This document shows, one piece after another, positions 13,645-26,105 of a DNA stretch of 64,000 nucleotides. Under the pieces are notes generated by a model that saw only the letters and a list, made by a program, of their open reading frames with translations, had not been told where the DNA came from and made no database searches. A program made the position numbers and the translations under genes. The stretch is from Camelus dromedarius. Lineage: Eukaryota. Location of the stretch: contig NC_087437.1 of the NCBI RefSeq assembly GCF_036321535.1, positions 7,378,001 through 7,442,000 on the forward strand. Direction: 5' to 3'. Within the stretch, counting starts at the first letter, position 1, and each line of letters starts with the position of its first letter.

Positions 13645-13862
13645 AAAACATGGGCTCTAGAGTCTGAGCTGTTGCTAACTATGGCCTCCCTTGACACCAA
13701 TTGTGTGATCTTGGACAAATAAGCTTTTTAAGCCTCAGTTTCCTTATCTGTAAAATGGGGTTGGTGATAGTCTACAACCTCTCTTGTAGTATTTTCAGCA
13801 AGATTAAATGAAATATGCATATAAAGTGCTAAGAATCGTACCTGTGGAGAGAAAGCACTCAT
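13645..13862 (+). mobile_element. MIR SINE
   Basis: 'atgggctctagagtc..tgtgtgatcttggacaa..agcctcagtttccttatctgtaaaatgggg..aaagtgct'. Confidence 0.85.
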
Positions 13863-14254
13863 TTTAAAGCCCTGCAATGTTGTCCACGAGAAGCACTAAG
13901 CTTTAGAAACCCAACTAGTTAGTAGTAGATAAGACTTTTCATTGCAAAACTTGAAAGGACACTCCACCACCACACTGGTTCCCACAGGGATTCTGCAGGA
14001 AAGACCCCATCTTATTCTGGAAGGAGGTTTGAATTTTCTCTAGTGTCTTTCCAAGAGCTTGACTGAGACACTAGCACTTTAGATCACCAAGATGGTACAA
14101 ATAGTTTTGAAATGGATCTTTTTCAGAGATATTGTGACAAGTTACCAACCTCATACTAAAAGAAATCTCAAAATGGCCCCATGGAAATGCTTCACGATTG
14201 AGAAAATTTTTTCACGGAGATGATCCCGTTTGGCCCCTCTGAAGGCTTTTTGAA

Positions 14255-14375
14255 GTATGTATTATCTGTATGATGATTCTTATTTTACAGAGCAAGAAAG
14301 GGAGGTACAGAGTAATTTGATACTCGAAGAAGGACACAGAGCTAGTGCAGACTAGATCTGGTATTCAAACCAGGA
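14255..14375 (-). mobile_element. MIR fragment
   Basis: 'ctattttacagagcaagaaagggaggtacagag..cacagagctagt..attcaaaccagg'. Confidence 0.7.
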
Positions 14376-15134
14376 AATCTATAAAACCATAAAAACCCAT
14401 GCCCCTGTCATTCCACTATGGAAAACCTGAAGGATAATGTCAGACTAATGTGACATTTTTAAAGTCACAATGCATTTCAGAGTGAAATTGATCAACAGGT
14501 AGGTAAGTTGGTATATCCAAAGAACTCCAAGTGAAGATCTAAAAGCAAATCTAGTCCTAAAATATGCATGTCAGTCTGAAACTTTTTGATGATTTACATT
14601 TTCACACATGAATTTAGCATACTTTTGGACTCTAAGGATACAGAGATCAGTAAAATATTCAGTGGCCTTTCAAGACTGTCAGCTCACTGAATTCTGCCAT
14701 CCCTGCTCTGGGAAGTTCATGCTGGTATAGAATGCAGCAGTTTACAGAGTAGCCCCGGGGAGAGTGTGTACTAGCTGGCTGTTTGCAAATGCAGTTCCAG
14801 GTGTTGGATTTTCATCTAGTTGTCCTGGTTTGCTAGTTTGGTGTCGTATTGCCCTAGACAGGGTTTCTCTGCATGGTGTCCATGGAAGACAGGATCAACA
14901 GGCAACTGGACACTTTCGTAGGGAGCATTGCTTTTGGAATTTCCTTCTCCAAAAGCTTCCTTTGATTGACTGTGTTTTAACTCAGTGCAAAGTATAGTTC
15001 ACACTGATTTACTGGAAAGTTCAGGGATCCAGAGTAGAATGTTCATCTAGAAAGGTTTTCCTCCCTCTTTCCTTCCTTCTGTGCCTCCATCTCACCTCAT
15101 TTCTCTTTACTTTCCCTCCCTCTCTCCCTCTGCT

Positions 15135-15397
15135 CTATTCCACTCCATCCTATCCCATCCTATTCCATTCCATGTCATCTCATCCCATCCCATTCCATTT
15201 CATCCCATCCCATTCCATCTCATCCCATCCCATTCCACTCCACTCCATCCCATCTAATTCCATCCCATTCCATTCCATCCCATCCAATTCCATCCTATCC
15301 CATTCCATCCCATCCCATCCCATCCCATCCCATCCCACCACATCTCACTTCATTCCATTTCATCTCATTCCATCCTATCCCATTCCATTCCATTCCA
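15135..15397 (+). repeat. Degenerate pentanucleotide array (CATCC/CATTC)n
   Basis: About 260 bp of cattc/catcc units, flanked by pyrimidine-rich tracts. Confidence 0.95.
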
Positions 15398-17723
15398 GTT
15401 GACTCTAGTCTAGGTTATCTTTTTTTCTCCCTTCCTGCTTCCCTTTCTCCCTCTCTTCCTCTCCTACTCTCCCCTCCAGTCCCCTTCTTCACATCTACCC
15501 CTTCAGCTTCTCTCCCTCTTACACATGTAGGAACACACAAACACACACACACTTGACTCTTCCTAAGACATCAGAGCAAACTTGCTGGAAGTGCTTAAGG
15601 CTAAATCAAAAGTGAATAAATGTTTCCTTTACTGGGAACTTTAACTTTTTCTTTGCAGTTTAATTTAGTTCCTGAATGTTAAAGACGACATATTTGATAT
15701 CTGTAAATCTGTCTGTACACGTCTGTGCATGTGAATATATATACATGAGTAAAACGAAAAAAAGAGGAAAAAAATCCCCCAAACTTCTGCTTTGACTGCA
15801 AGATTAGAGGTTCTAACTTCTTGATTATTCCTTAACAAGAACATTTTAGAGAAATCAGTATCTTTTGTCCTCATTCCATATAGATTACTGCAGTTTGCAG
15901 ACAGCCCTTTTTGCATATTATGTAAATAGAAAGTTACATTAACAACACTGTAGGTAATGTAGGAACATTTTTTTTTAATTTCTCTTTTTTTCTTGTAGAA
16001 AGAGCTTCTGATTAAGAGCTGTGAATGCTGTTCATCTTTAATTCCTTGCTGACTCCCCAAGTGCTGTCTGGGATGGCTCAAATTTTTTGTAACCGCCCCC
16101 GTCAGTGGTGTCATTTGCATCTGGGACCCCTAATCCTGGAAAGATCACAACTTGACCCCAAGGAAGGCATAGACTTTTGAACATACCCTGCTCTGAGTTA
16201 CTTAGGTGAGGGTTAAAGCACAAGTGCTGGGGGGTAGAATGTCAAAACAAATCTAGGACCCAAAGGTAGCATTTTATGAGTGCTGGGAAACTGAGAAGTG
16301 GTGGGAGGAAGCAGACTTTCAGAGCACTTCAGAACTAGAGAAATAAGCTCTGACTCCAACAGAGAACAGGAGGGAGTGGGAGGGGGAAGAGCGCCGTGAT
16401 GCTCTTTACTGGGTATGTCAAGTTATATATACACAAACAGAGGCAGTGCTTTGGTCCATGCATGCTGTGAATTTTGCAAAATATTAGAGTAATAAAAAGA
16501 TAGCTTGATGGCTGATCACCACATTTAATTGTGCACAGAAAGTCACCTAAAGGTATTATAAAATTCATCCCCAAGAACAATGCAATAGCTACAAAAAGCT
16601 TCGCATTAGTGAGTGACTTTAATCGCTAGTGGAAACAAAACATTCAACTTGCAAACAGAATCAGTGGCCCTGACCCCTGACTCACCAGAAGCTGGAGAGA
16701 GGTGGTCCTGCCCCAGTACTGGTTTTCTCAAGGTCCTTAAAAGTCTTGGGAAGTGGATGATCACCACCAGTTTTTCTAAGAATATGACTTCCACATTAAT
16801 GCAGAGAAGAAAGTTGCTCCGGAGAGCCCACTAGGAGCAGCGTCTGATTATAATTCACACCACCACCAACAAAATTATGCAATTCTATCAGCTTATGGGA
16901 CTGTCTCACCTTAAGAAGTCACTAAAATTTCTCTCCTTGAGCAAATAGATTTCATAATGTTTCTGTACTGTCAGTGCGGAATGGATTCCTCCATGCTCTC
17001 TTTGGAAATGTTTGTGGTGATGACATGTGACACAATTTACTTCTTATTGTGGCAGAAGTTTAACGTGATTGAAAGCCATCAAAAGGCGTAGCATCTGAAT
17101 GTCAAACATGACTTGTATTTATAATTCCAGACAGTGATTTGGATGCCTGTTGACTTTCTTCCTCATCCACAATGATTTTTCCCCCTTTCCACTAAGTGGC
17201 ACTGTGTTATTTGCATTTTTCTGTTCAGGTCAAAATATCGGAACATTTGGGACACTGGTCTGAAAACCAGTTGAAAGCTTTGTTGTAAATTTCTGCTAAA
17301 AAGGTTGGATAGCACAAAAGCAAGCAGTAATTAAATTATGATAAAAAAAAAAAAAAACTTCCAGGAAGCTTACTCTTTTCTGTATTTAACTCTTTCCCAC
17401 TTTTTCTTTCCAACTCCATTAGCCTCCAAATAAACACACCATATTATATATGTCAAAGGAAGTTTTATTTAGACGTATAAGGGCTGATCTATTCCCATAC
17501 TGTTTAAATTAATGTTCAAAAAAGAATTCAAACCACATTCTAACATTTGGACTATGTAAGAAGGAAACAGATTTTCGGGAAAAAAAAAAGATGTTGTTTT
17601 AGCTAGGCAGAATGGGCTGTAGGAACTTAGACACGTGCAGACGGGATTTCTAAATGTGTGTATTATCTGATAAGTTCTGGGCTGCTTGTGTGTCAATTCG
17701 GAAAGTGAGTGCATGAGTAGAAT

Positions 17724-17878
17724 TTCCTTCCTTCCTTCCTTCCTTCCTTCCTTCCTTCCTTCCTTCCTTCCTTCCCTTTCTTCCTTCCTTCCTACCTTCC
17801 CTTCCTCCTTTCCTTCCTTCCATCCTTTTTTTTTTCATTTTCCCTTTTCCCCTCCTCCTCTGCCTCCTTTTCTTCTTC
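17724..17878 (+). repeat. (TTCC)n microsatellite and pyrimidine tract
   Basis: ttccttccttcc... directly visible. Confidence 0.95.
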
Positions 17879-18963
17879 AAACAGCTTGGGATTTACTTTT
17901 ATCTCAGCCACCGTAGCCGAAGGCTTGGAAAAACTCAAGTCTTCACCTATCTGCTTACTTTTCAGACCAAATTAGCTCCAGAAATGCAGGGTGACTTTCA
18001 AAAAAGAGATGATAAAGTCTCTTGAAACAGAATGGCCTGAACTGGCAGCAGGGTAGCATTTTGAGAATTCAGTTCTAATGACCTTCTCCAAAGACAGCAC
18101 ACCATTGACAAATGGGATGCATTTTCAGGTTGATATCTCTGCAATCATCCCACATCAGAAAACAGTCACGGGAAAAAACGTGGTTACTAATTTTGTGTGT
18201 AAGTAGCCACCTTTAGTTTTCAATGCAATGGATTTTTTCCAGTTTCTCAAGTGCTGCAAAACCACCTCCAGCTGAAGAAGCATAAATGCAACCTTAGAAA
18301 AGGTTGTGAGACCAACAATTTTTGTGTCTGTGCAATTGTGTATGTGTGTGTGTGTTCTGTTTGAAATTAATGAATTACATTTCAATTAGCCAGCTTTCAG
18401 CAGCAGTTACTTCCTCTGGTGTGTTGGCTTCTATTTGTAGCACGTATGGCAATGTATTTTTTTTTTTCCCTCATAAACGAAGTGGATTTTTTTGATCAGA
18501 AAAAGAAAAGAAATGAGTGAGCCGGGGAAATGTCAAAGTCTACCTTTTTCAAAAATATATCATCTTCTAAAGAATAGCACTTCCCTCTCTTCCACGTGAA
18601 AAATATTATACACCTGCCTTTGAAACAAGCTCACACTCAAGAGGAGAAGGAATCTGTAGAATTCCTTAGACTCACAAATTACAGGGCACCATCACAAGAG
18701 GATGAAGGCTGGTGAGGTGGTGGAGGGTTGCCATTCATTCCCCTGTAGGTCAGTCCTTTAGGATGATCCTCAAATACAGGATACTGTCCTGGGGATGTTT
18801 TCATTTCTTTATAACAGGCTTGTGAAGATTCGCAAGCCATTAATGAATCTGAAACAGCCTAAATATCCTATTTAATTGTGTCCAAACAAACTTTTCCCAA
18901 ACTTGTTGAGTCTCACATCCCTTTTTGCATACCCTGTGTATTCCAGTTCCAGGTAATTAGTTT

Positions 18964-19396
18964 AACAGTCAGGACAGGCGAGGTTATGCTGAGGTAACAA
19001 AGAGGCCTCACAACTCTCAATGGTTTATTTCACTACTGTTTCATTGGCTGCTTACACTCCAAGCCCAGATGTCCTGAGGAATCAGCAGGAGTCTTGCATT
19101 CATGCTAGTCACTCATGGACCAACCCTGAAGAAAGAGATAGAGATTGTATAGAGTATAGAGTGGGCCAGTTGCCATCCAAGAGGGAAAAGAGAAAGTTCT
19201 AGAAAGTCTCATACACACATGGACCAGTAAGTGCCATGGATCAGAGCTGACTCCCAGCACTTCTGATCACAATGATTCATGAAGAACTAGCCAGCTGGTC
19301 CCATCGAAATGCCAGGGGACGAGAAATGCCATCCTAACATGTGCCCAAAGGCAGAGATCCTGAAATAATTCAGGAGTAACACTAATGACTGCCACA
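18964..19396 (-). mobile_element. Old MaLR LTR (MLT1J/K-like)
   Basis: 'cagtcaggacaggcgaggttatgctg..taacaaa..ggtttatttc' through 'actaatgactgccaca'. Confidence 0.7.
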
Positions 19397-20239
19397 CCTG
19401 ATATTTTTCAGAATATATTTTAAGACTCTCTGGAATATGTACTTCTCTTAGATGCTCCAAAACTCACTGTTGTGAATTTTTCCCACATCAAGAAGCTCAA
19501 TCTCTCCACCTGGAAGAAATGGAGGAGATACTATAATACAATCATACATTGAAAATAATTCAGCTATATGAGAAACACCTTTCCACATTTGGGCTTCATC
19601 ACAGCCCAGTTATATGAGTCAGGCATAGACTTTCTTGTGGGAAAACGAGACAGGTGGAAATGAGCCTCGGAGAGCTGATCTCATATTCAAGCAGTCTTTG
19701 TAAGTCAGAAGGACATATTGGGAGATGGGAGCTGTGAACAGGGGCAAAATCTGAGACAGCTGGACTGGCAAGAATGATCACCACCATTCAGTTTTATTCT
19801 GAATTCTCCCAGATTTGTCCAGGAATTGTCCAAGTGTTGAGGAGATTATTTAACAGAAACACAACAAGAAATAAAGCCCACTAACAAAAATATGAAGAAA
19901 TTAAGCTTTGGTGAGGCTCCAAGAAGTGACAATTTGTTTCATAAATATCTTGAGAGTTTCTGGCCACTGGAAGCCATGAAAAAAAAAAAAAATTCCTACG
20001 GTGCCACTGGAGAAAAAATATTAACCAATCACTTCAGCCATCCAAAAGAATAGTTCAAAGTAAAAGGAAAAAAATAAAAACAGATTCTGCCCTTTTTATG
20101 TGCTGTAGGACTTCGTTTGAGGACAATAAAATCTGATTTATTGACTTCTGCCTCTGAAAGAAGGATAGAGGTGCAAAATGACATTGTGTAGCTTTGTTCG
20201 GGTTTGTCAGTGGAGGTGGGGTACCAGGCTGGGGGAGCA

Positions 20240-21220
20240 GGTTTGACATGGCAGCTGCCAGCAAGCCGCAAGCCACCCTGTATCACCCATTCCATGCCTT
20301 GCCTCCCTTCCATCTCGCCTAACCCCGAAACCAGCCACAATTAGCCTTGCGAGGCGTTCACTGCCACAGCCGCACGCCGGAGGCATTATCTCCTATCTGT
20401 GGTATCCTGTGCTGTAATCCCACAGCTAAATGTGGTAACCCAAATCTCACTGAGACTCGGTCGCAGGCTTGCTGAGATACCCATCTCGGTATGCGGAGTG
20501 CCAGGTCGCACGGAGCCTGTAGGCTTGGAGCGCTGGGATGCTTTGTGTCACTGCATCCTACGCACCCTATAGCTTACCCATCCTTCCAGAGATCACAGGA
20601 ACCCTAAATAGCAAATATGGCATCCTAACTAGAACACCACCTGTTTTGTGCAAGTGTACATGGGTTTCTGCCACCCTGCTGCTTCTCTCTCTCTCCCCCT
20701 CTCTCTCTTTCTCTCTCGGCGGAGAAGAGAGAAAGTTGAGAGTCCGTCTCTGCTGCCTGGCTGACCAAACAGATGTCAGACTGGTAGATATAGGTTCATT
20801 GTCTGCACCGGGGCCAACGGTCCCTATGCCCCCTTCACAACAACAGTGACCTATATAGATCTCTCCTCACAGAGGATGCTCTTAAGTCAGCTCGCAGGTG
20901 CTGGAATCCCAGGCAATAAAGATCGTTGCTTGACAAGCCTCTTTGTTCCACATTTCAGAATTTTGTGCGGCTGTTTGTTATCAAAAGACGTATATTTCCT
21001 CTCTCTCTTTCTCTCCCTCCTTTCTCTGGTGTGGGATTGCTTAGAAACATGCCGGCTTTGACATGTGCTTTTACCTGGGACTGTATCTCCTCCTGCTGCT
21101 TTATTGGACCCCTTAATTACTTGTAAAAAAAAATAATAATAAATTGGGCAGGTGTTTGCTCTTCCAGTTGATTAATTGACAATGATTTCACTACAATTGA
21201 CGGTAGAAAGCTAGGAAGCT
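20240..21220 (-). promoter_or_regulatory. Putative promoter region (weak CpG enrichment, GA-repeat 5'UTR-like tracts)
   Basis: 16 CpGs in 20266-20562 against a CpG-poor background; CT/GA tracts at ~20683-20717 and ~20996-21027; CCAAT on the minus strand at ~21103 and ~21143; no transposons. Confidence 0.55.
20578..20581 (-). CDS. Candidate first coding segment (ATG + G, phase-1 donor) of an unidentified gene
   Basis: Minus strand reads ...GATCTCTGGAAGG ATG G|GTAAGC: Kozak -3 A and +4 G, with a strong donor at 20577. No downstream exon recognised in the window. Confidence 0.35.
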
Positions 21221-22585
21221 GCCGGTTGGAGCTCAGTGAGGAATACACATTTTTCTACTCAGCTGTGTGAATCAGCTCAAGAGGAGGGTTTTAAAAAAGG
21301 CTCCAACTACCAGCAAACTCTATGCTTTTCACTCCTGGAGTGGAGATCTCTTCGTCCCAGTGTTGAGTCCTGTCACATGCATAATTCTCTGTTTTATACA
21401 CGTAAAACTCGGGAGCCGATAAAATGAATTTAGAAACATTTTTCCCCCCTAAGTGAAGAAGATCACCCAGATCCGTCACTGCTATGTGCAGAGAGCAGTG
21501 CCTCATCGTGGGAACAATGAGGTCTGGTATAAAGTTGACCACATCAGTGATGTTTCACTTTTCAATTTACCAGAATCAGAAGCGGCAGCTGGCAAGCCTA
21601 GGATGGTCTGGGAGGGACTGTGCCTCCCAGAATATTTAGCATAGGGAAGTTGGGGCCATTCTGTATTAATTTTTTGTTATGGCTTCAAAGAAAACCACAC
21701 AAGGTTTTCAGGCCAGTGAGTGAATAAAAATAAAAAGATCTAAATGTTCACAAGTAGAGAAACAAAACCAAGCACTTTTCTTCATTTTTGATGGAAATGA
21801 AAACTTTCCATGTCTTACAGGGCAATCTAGTGATCTAATGAAGACATGAAATATCACAGAGTTTGTCATTTTAATTAAGAAGAGTCCTGGGCAGAAAGCT
21901 TAGATTCAGGTGACCAGATTTTCAGAAGAGAAGGAGTTTGGCTAATAAAATTTTTTATGAAATAAGAAAGTGGTGAACTCTGTAGGATAAGTGAGATTCA
22001 AGGTTTGACTGGAGTTCAGGCCGTATTTTTATGTTGATCCTTAGAACTCATTCATTCACTCTATTTTTATTTTACAGCTGGGCTTGTAAGCATGAATAAT
22101 GTAGATACACAAATAGCATAGAAAGTGAGTGTAGCCAGAGAAAGAGAAAGAGGAGTCTGTGTTTCCTGAAAACAACTCCAAATAGGGAAGGTATTTTCAT
22201 GCTTTTTAAAAGACAGTAACAAAAAGACTTACCAGCAATGCGTATCAACTCCAAGTTCCCTTTGAAACCTTTTTTTTTTCCCTAAACATAGATGTTAGGA
22301 GACTACATTATAGGGAATTACCATTGCCATTTTATGGTATCTTTAACTGATTGAATTTATAAGAGGAAAAAAAAATAATGACATTCCACAGTCATATCAA
22401 TGAAATCAGGAAACTGACCTTTCAAAAATTCCTCGACACATGCGTCAGATTCAAAATATTTTAAAGGAACATTTCAACAGAACTAGCAGGTGATTTAAGA
22501 AAGAATGAATATATGAATTCACTCCTAAATGTTTGCATAAAGGAATTATATTCTCCTTGATGAAAATGATAAGGTGTAGAGACTC

Positions 22586-22880
22586 TTTTATTGAAGTCTA
22601 GTTGATTTACAATGTTGTGTTCGTTTCTAGTCTACAGCATAGTGATTCAGTTATACATACATATATTCCTTTTCATATTCTTTTTAATTATAGATTATTA
22701 CAAGATATTGAATACAGTTCCCTGTGCTGTACAGTAGGACCGTGCTGTTTATCTATTTTATATGTAGTAGTGTGTATCTGTTAATCCCATACTCCTAATT
22801 TACCACCCCCTCCCTCCCCCTTGGTAACTATAAATTTGTTTTCTATGTCTGTGAGTCTATTTCTGTTTTATAAATAAGTT
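22586..22880 (-). mobile_element. Young cetartiodactyl L1 3' end
   Basis: 'ttttattgaagtctagttgatttacaatgttgtg...attgaatacagttccctgtgctgtacagtagg...gtctgtgagtctatttctgtttt'. Confidence 0.9.
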
Positions 22881-22887
22881 TGTTTGT

Positions 22888-22918
<31 letters not shown>

Positions 22919-24459
22919 AGTATTGTGCATTTTCAGCAAAGGGCTCTGAGTCACTCTTTATTCACTGAGACTCCTTTCCTTGGCTATAAAACTTGCTCGT
23001 GTTATTGTGATATTCTGATTTGTCAAGCAGATAACAAGTTCAAATCTTCTAACTTGTCCTTTCACAAGAAAGAATTTTTTAAAAAAAACATAGAAATACT
23101 AGATTGAAAGCTCTTTTTGGAGAGAGTATGCATTTTCCTCCTTTGCTCCGAGTTAAAAAAATCTCTTCTCACACATCACACTACTGAAGGATTTGCATGG
23201 TCAATTTCTTGTCAGCTCTCAAATTTCAGATTGGATGTGCATTTCTCTGAAGATTGTATAAGCCACCCTCTTTGCCACAAAAGCACTGAGGAAGCAAAGC
23301 AGACGTGCTGTAAATTTCAGTGATCCTGGGCTAGTTGGTTTCTGCACCTGATTCCAGTGATATGGTCTTAGAATTAAAACTGTCCTAAGAAAATGGCAGC
23401 AAACTTCCAAAATACTCATAGTTGCGAAAACAACAATAATAATAACAACAACAACAATATAGAGGTGAATTTATCTAACTGCCCCAAGAAAACACACCCA
23501 ATGACCACTAGCACAGCTTCGCAATAATATCACAAATCAAATTTTAAAAGGGATCAAGAACTTGATGCTTGAAAACTTCCTGTAGAAAACCCAGGCTTCC
23601 CTTTCATAAAACCCTCCATTTCCCAAGTCCTACCTAAACACCTTGATTGCTCTATGGATTACACAGTGTATGTTCAGTGCCTGCTAAGGATAGGCTGTGA
23701 GTCGGGGAAGACACAAGGCAGACGGGGATAGCCCAGCTGTAAAATTGCACATTCTACCATAAGTGAGCAATCCAGACTACCTACTTCATCTCCTTCTACC
23801 AAAATATTGCATTTTCCCTCCCAATAAAGATGTTTTATAATGGCAATGAGGTGCCGTAACTCACGGAGGTTCTGCTGCTTACTTCCTCTCTGTGTCCTAT
23901 AACTCCCACTTTATCATGAGAACATATGTTGTATCTCTGTCATGAATTATTATTTGGCGATTCCACGTTGGAATCTGCACTTGGAAGGCAGTTTCTCCAC
24001 CCCCACTGCAAAGATTCCCGCTCATTCATAGAAGGTCCATATTGTCTAATGGCTTCCATGTTGTAAAAACAATTCCTTAGGTCCTGTATCTAGGGGCTTG
24101 GTCTCCTAAATTCTCAATTAGCAAAACCATCCTGAACTTATATAGGTACCTAAGGTGCTGTGCCTCTTCATTCTGAAACAACCATTTGTGTATGCTACGT
24201 TTGAGAAGACAATTCTCTCTACAATGAGCAAACCCAACGGCAAAATGTTTCAAGAGGCAGTGATAAAAATCTCACGAGTGCAGTCAGGGGAAAAGGCACC
24301 CACTTTTTTATGCACTGCCTCTACCTTTTTCCCAACTAGTAAATTTAGAGGATGGAGAGTAACAAAAAGCACTTCGTTGAAGGAAAATGTCTTTGCGATT
24401 CTGACTTCCATCAAAGGGATTTCAAACTGCTTTCCTATAGGGTCGTTTTCTTTCTCCTC

Positions 24460-24655
24460 TACTGGAGCCCATCATACTGGCTCCTAAGCGTTGATTGGTC
24501 ACATTCCTTCTCAACTACACATTTAGCAGATGACTCATTGTTAACCTGAAACAGACCACTGTGAGAGTATTTATACCATGGGCATCAACAAACACTACAA
24601 ATCAGGGCTTTCTCAGGGGAAGATGGGGGTTAGTTCCCAAACAGTTACCAGCATC
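24460..24655. mobile_element. MER63-like hAT remnant
   Basis: 'ctggagcccatcatactggctcctaagcgttgattg...aatcagggctttt...agttaccagca'. Confidence 0.55.
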
Positions 24656-24777
24656 TCGAGAAGTACTATAATGTGTATAGCAGTCCTACAAAAAAATGTC
24701 TAAACTCTAGCTGCAAAGTCATACATAAAACAAGGTAATAATGGTTAAAGCTATTAGTAGAAAAGATGTCAGATTGG

Positions 24778-24995
24778 CAGTGTAGCTTATTGGTTAAGGA
24801 CTTGGGCTTGGTCTAGTTTGGGTAGCCTCCTTACTAGTTAAATATCCTTCAGCAACTCGCTTCTCTGAACCTCAATTTAGTCCACTGTAAAATGGGAATA
24901 GTAAAATTAGCTTCCTTGCATGGTTATTTTGGAATTAACTGGGATAATGAATGAATGACCTGGATGCTTGGCTCATACCGAGGGCCCAATACATT
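24778..24995 (+). mobile_element. MIR SINE
   Basis: 'gtgtagcttattggttaaggac..tctctgaacctcaatt..ctgtaaaatgggaatagta'. Confidence 0.8.
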
Positions 24996-25039
24996 TTGGC
25001 CAATATTGTCAAAGACGGGTAGTGGAAAAATGACCAACT

Positions 25040-26105
25040 TCATCTTAGTTGTAGTTACTTGTTCACTTCTTTCCAATCACCCATCTTTTTTATTGTCCTC
25101 ATGTGTGCCAAGTTCCTGACTCTGAGCCTTTGCAATGCCTCTGCCTGCAGTCTGAAAAATCTCTCGTTGGATTTTTGCCTAGTTGCTTCCCTCTTATTCC
25201 GGCCCCAGTTCAGCTTTAGCTTCTCAAAGAGAACTTCCTTGGTCAGTCTTCCAGGGCTCACTTTTCTCCCATCCTCCATCTAGTCACCATGTTCCAGATT
25301 TCTATATTCTTGAAGAATTTGTCATCATTCCTGGGCACATATCCAGAGAAAACTATAATTCAAAAAGATACTTGCAGCCTAATGTTCATAGCAGCTATTT
25401 ATATTAGCCAAGACATGGAAACAACCTAAATGTCCATTGACAGATGACTGGATAAAGAAGTTGTGGTATATTTATATAGTAGAATATTACTCAGCCATAA
25501 AAAGAATAAAATAATGCTATTTGCACCAACATGGACCTAGAGATTATCATATTGAGTGAATTAAGCCAGACAAAGACAAATATCATATATCACTTATATT
25601 TGGAATCTACAAAAAGGACACAGATGAACTTATTTACAAAACAGGAACAGACTCACTGACATAGAAAACAAACTATGGTTATCAAAGGGGAAAGGGTGGA
25701 GAGGGAGAAACTAGGGGTTGGGGATTAACAGACACACACTACTGTATATAAAATAGATAAACAACAAGGACCTACTGTATAGCACAGGGAACTATATTCA
25801 ATTTCTTGTAATAACATATAATGGAAAAGAATCTGAAAAGAAAATATATATACATGTATAACTGAATCACTTTGCTGTACACCTGAAACTAACATTATAA
25901 ATCAACTACACTTCAATAATTTTTTTGAAAAGAAGTTTCTGCTTTATTTAGTGACTTGTTTATTAATGACCTTTTGTACTGAATCTAAGATCCATGAGAA
26001 CAGTGGTTCTGTCTGCCCTTTTCACCACTTAATGCTGAGGCTCACGAATGGTGACTGGCATGTGGTAGGTAGGCAATAAATATCAATGAATTAGAAATAA
26101 ATAAA
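25040..26105 (+). mobile_element. L2 3' fragment interrupted by a young L1
   Basis: L2 body before 25330; L2 end 'taagatccatgagaacag..tctgtctgcc..ctggcatgtggtagg..caataaatatcaatgaat' after 25930. Confidence 0.65.
25328..25930 (+). mobile_element. Young 5'-truncated L1 (end of ORF2 + 3'UTR)
   Basis: 'ctgggcacatatccagagaaaactataattcaaaaagatac...atagcacagggaactatattcaa...caactacacttcaataa'. Confidence 0.92.

Noticed and set aside
15172..15402. HPIP-repeat ORF
   Set aside because: Translation of the pentamer simple repeat.
16094..16112. CTCF-like motif ccgcccccgtcagtgg
   Set aside because: Needs a 2-nt insertion to fit the core consensus.
15665..16120. 151-aa minus-strand ORF
   Set aside because: Contains poly-K and poly-F runs from homopolymers; no homology recognised.
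17650..17916. GRKE- and LPSF-repeat ORFs
   Set aside because: Translation of the (TTCC)n microsatellite.
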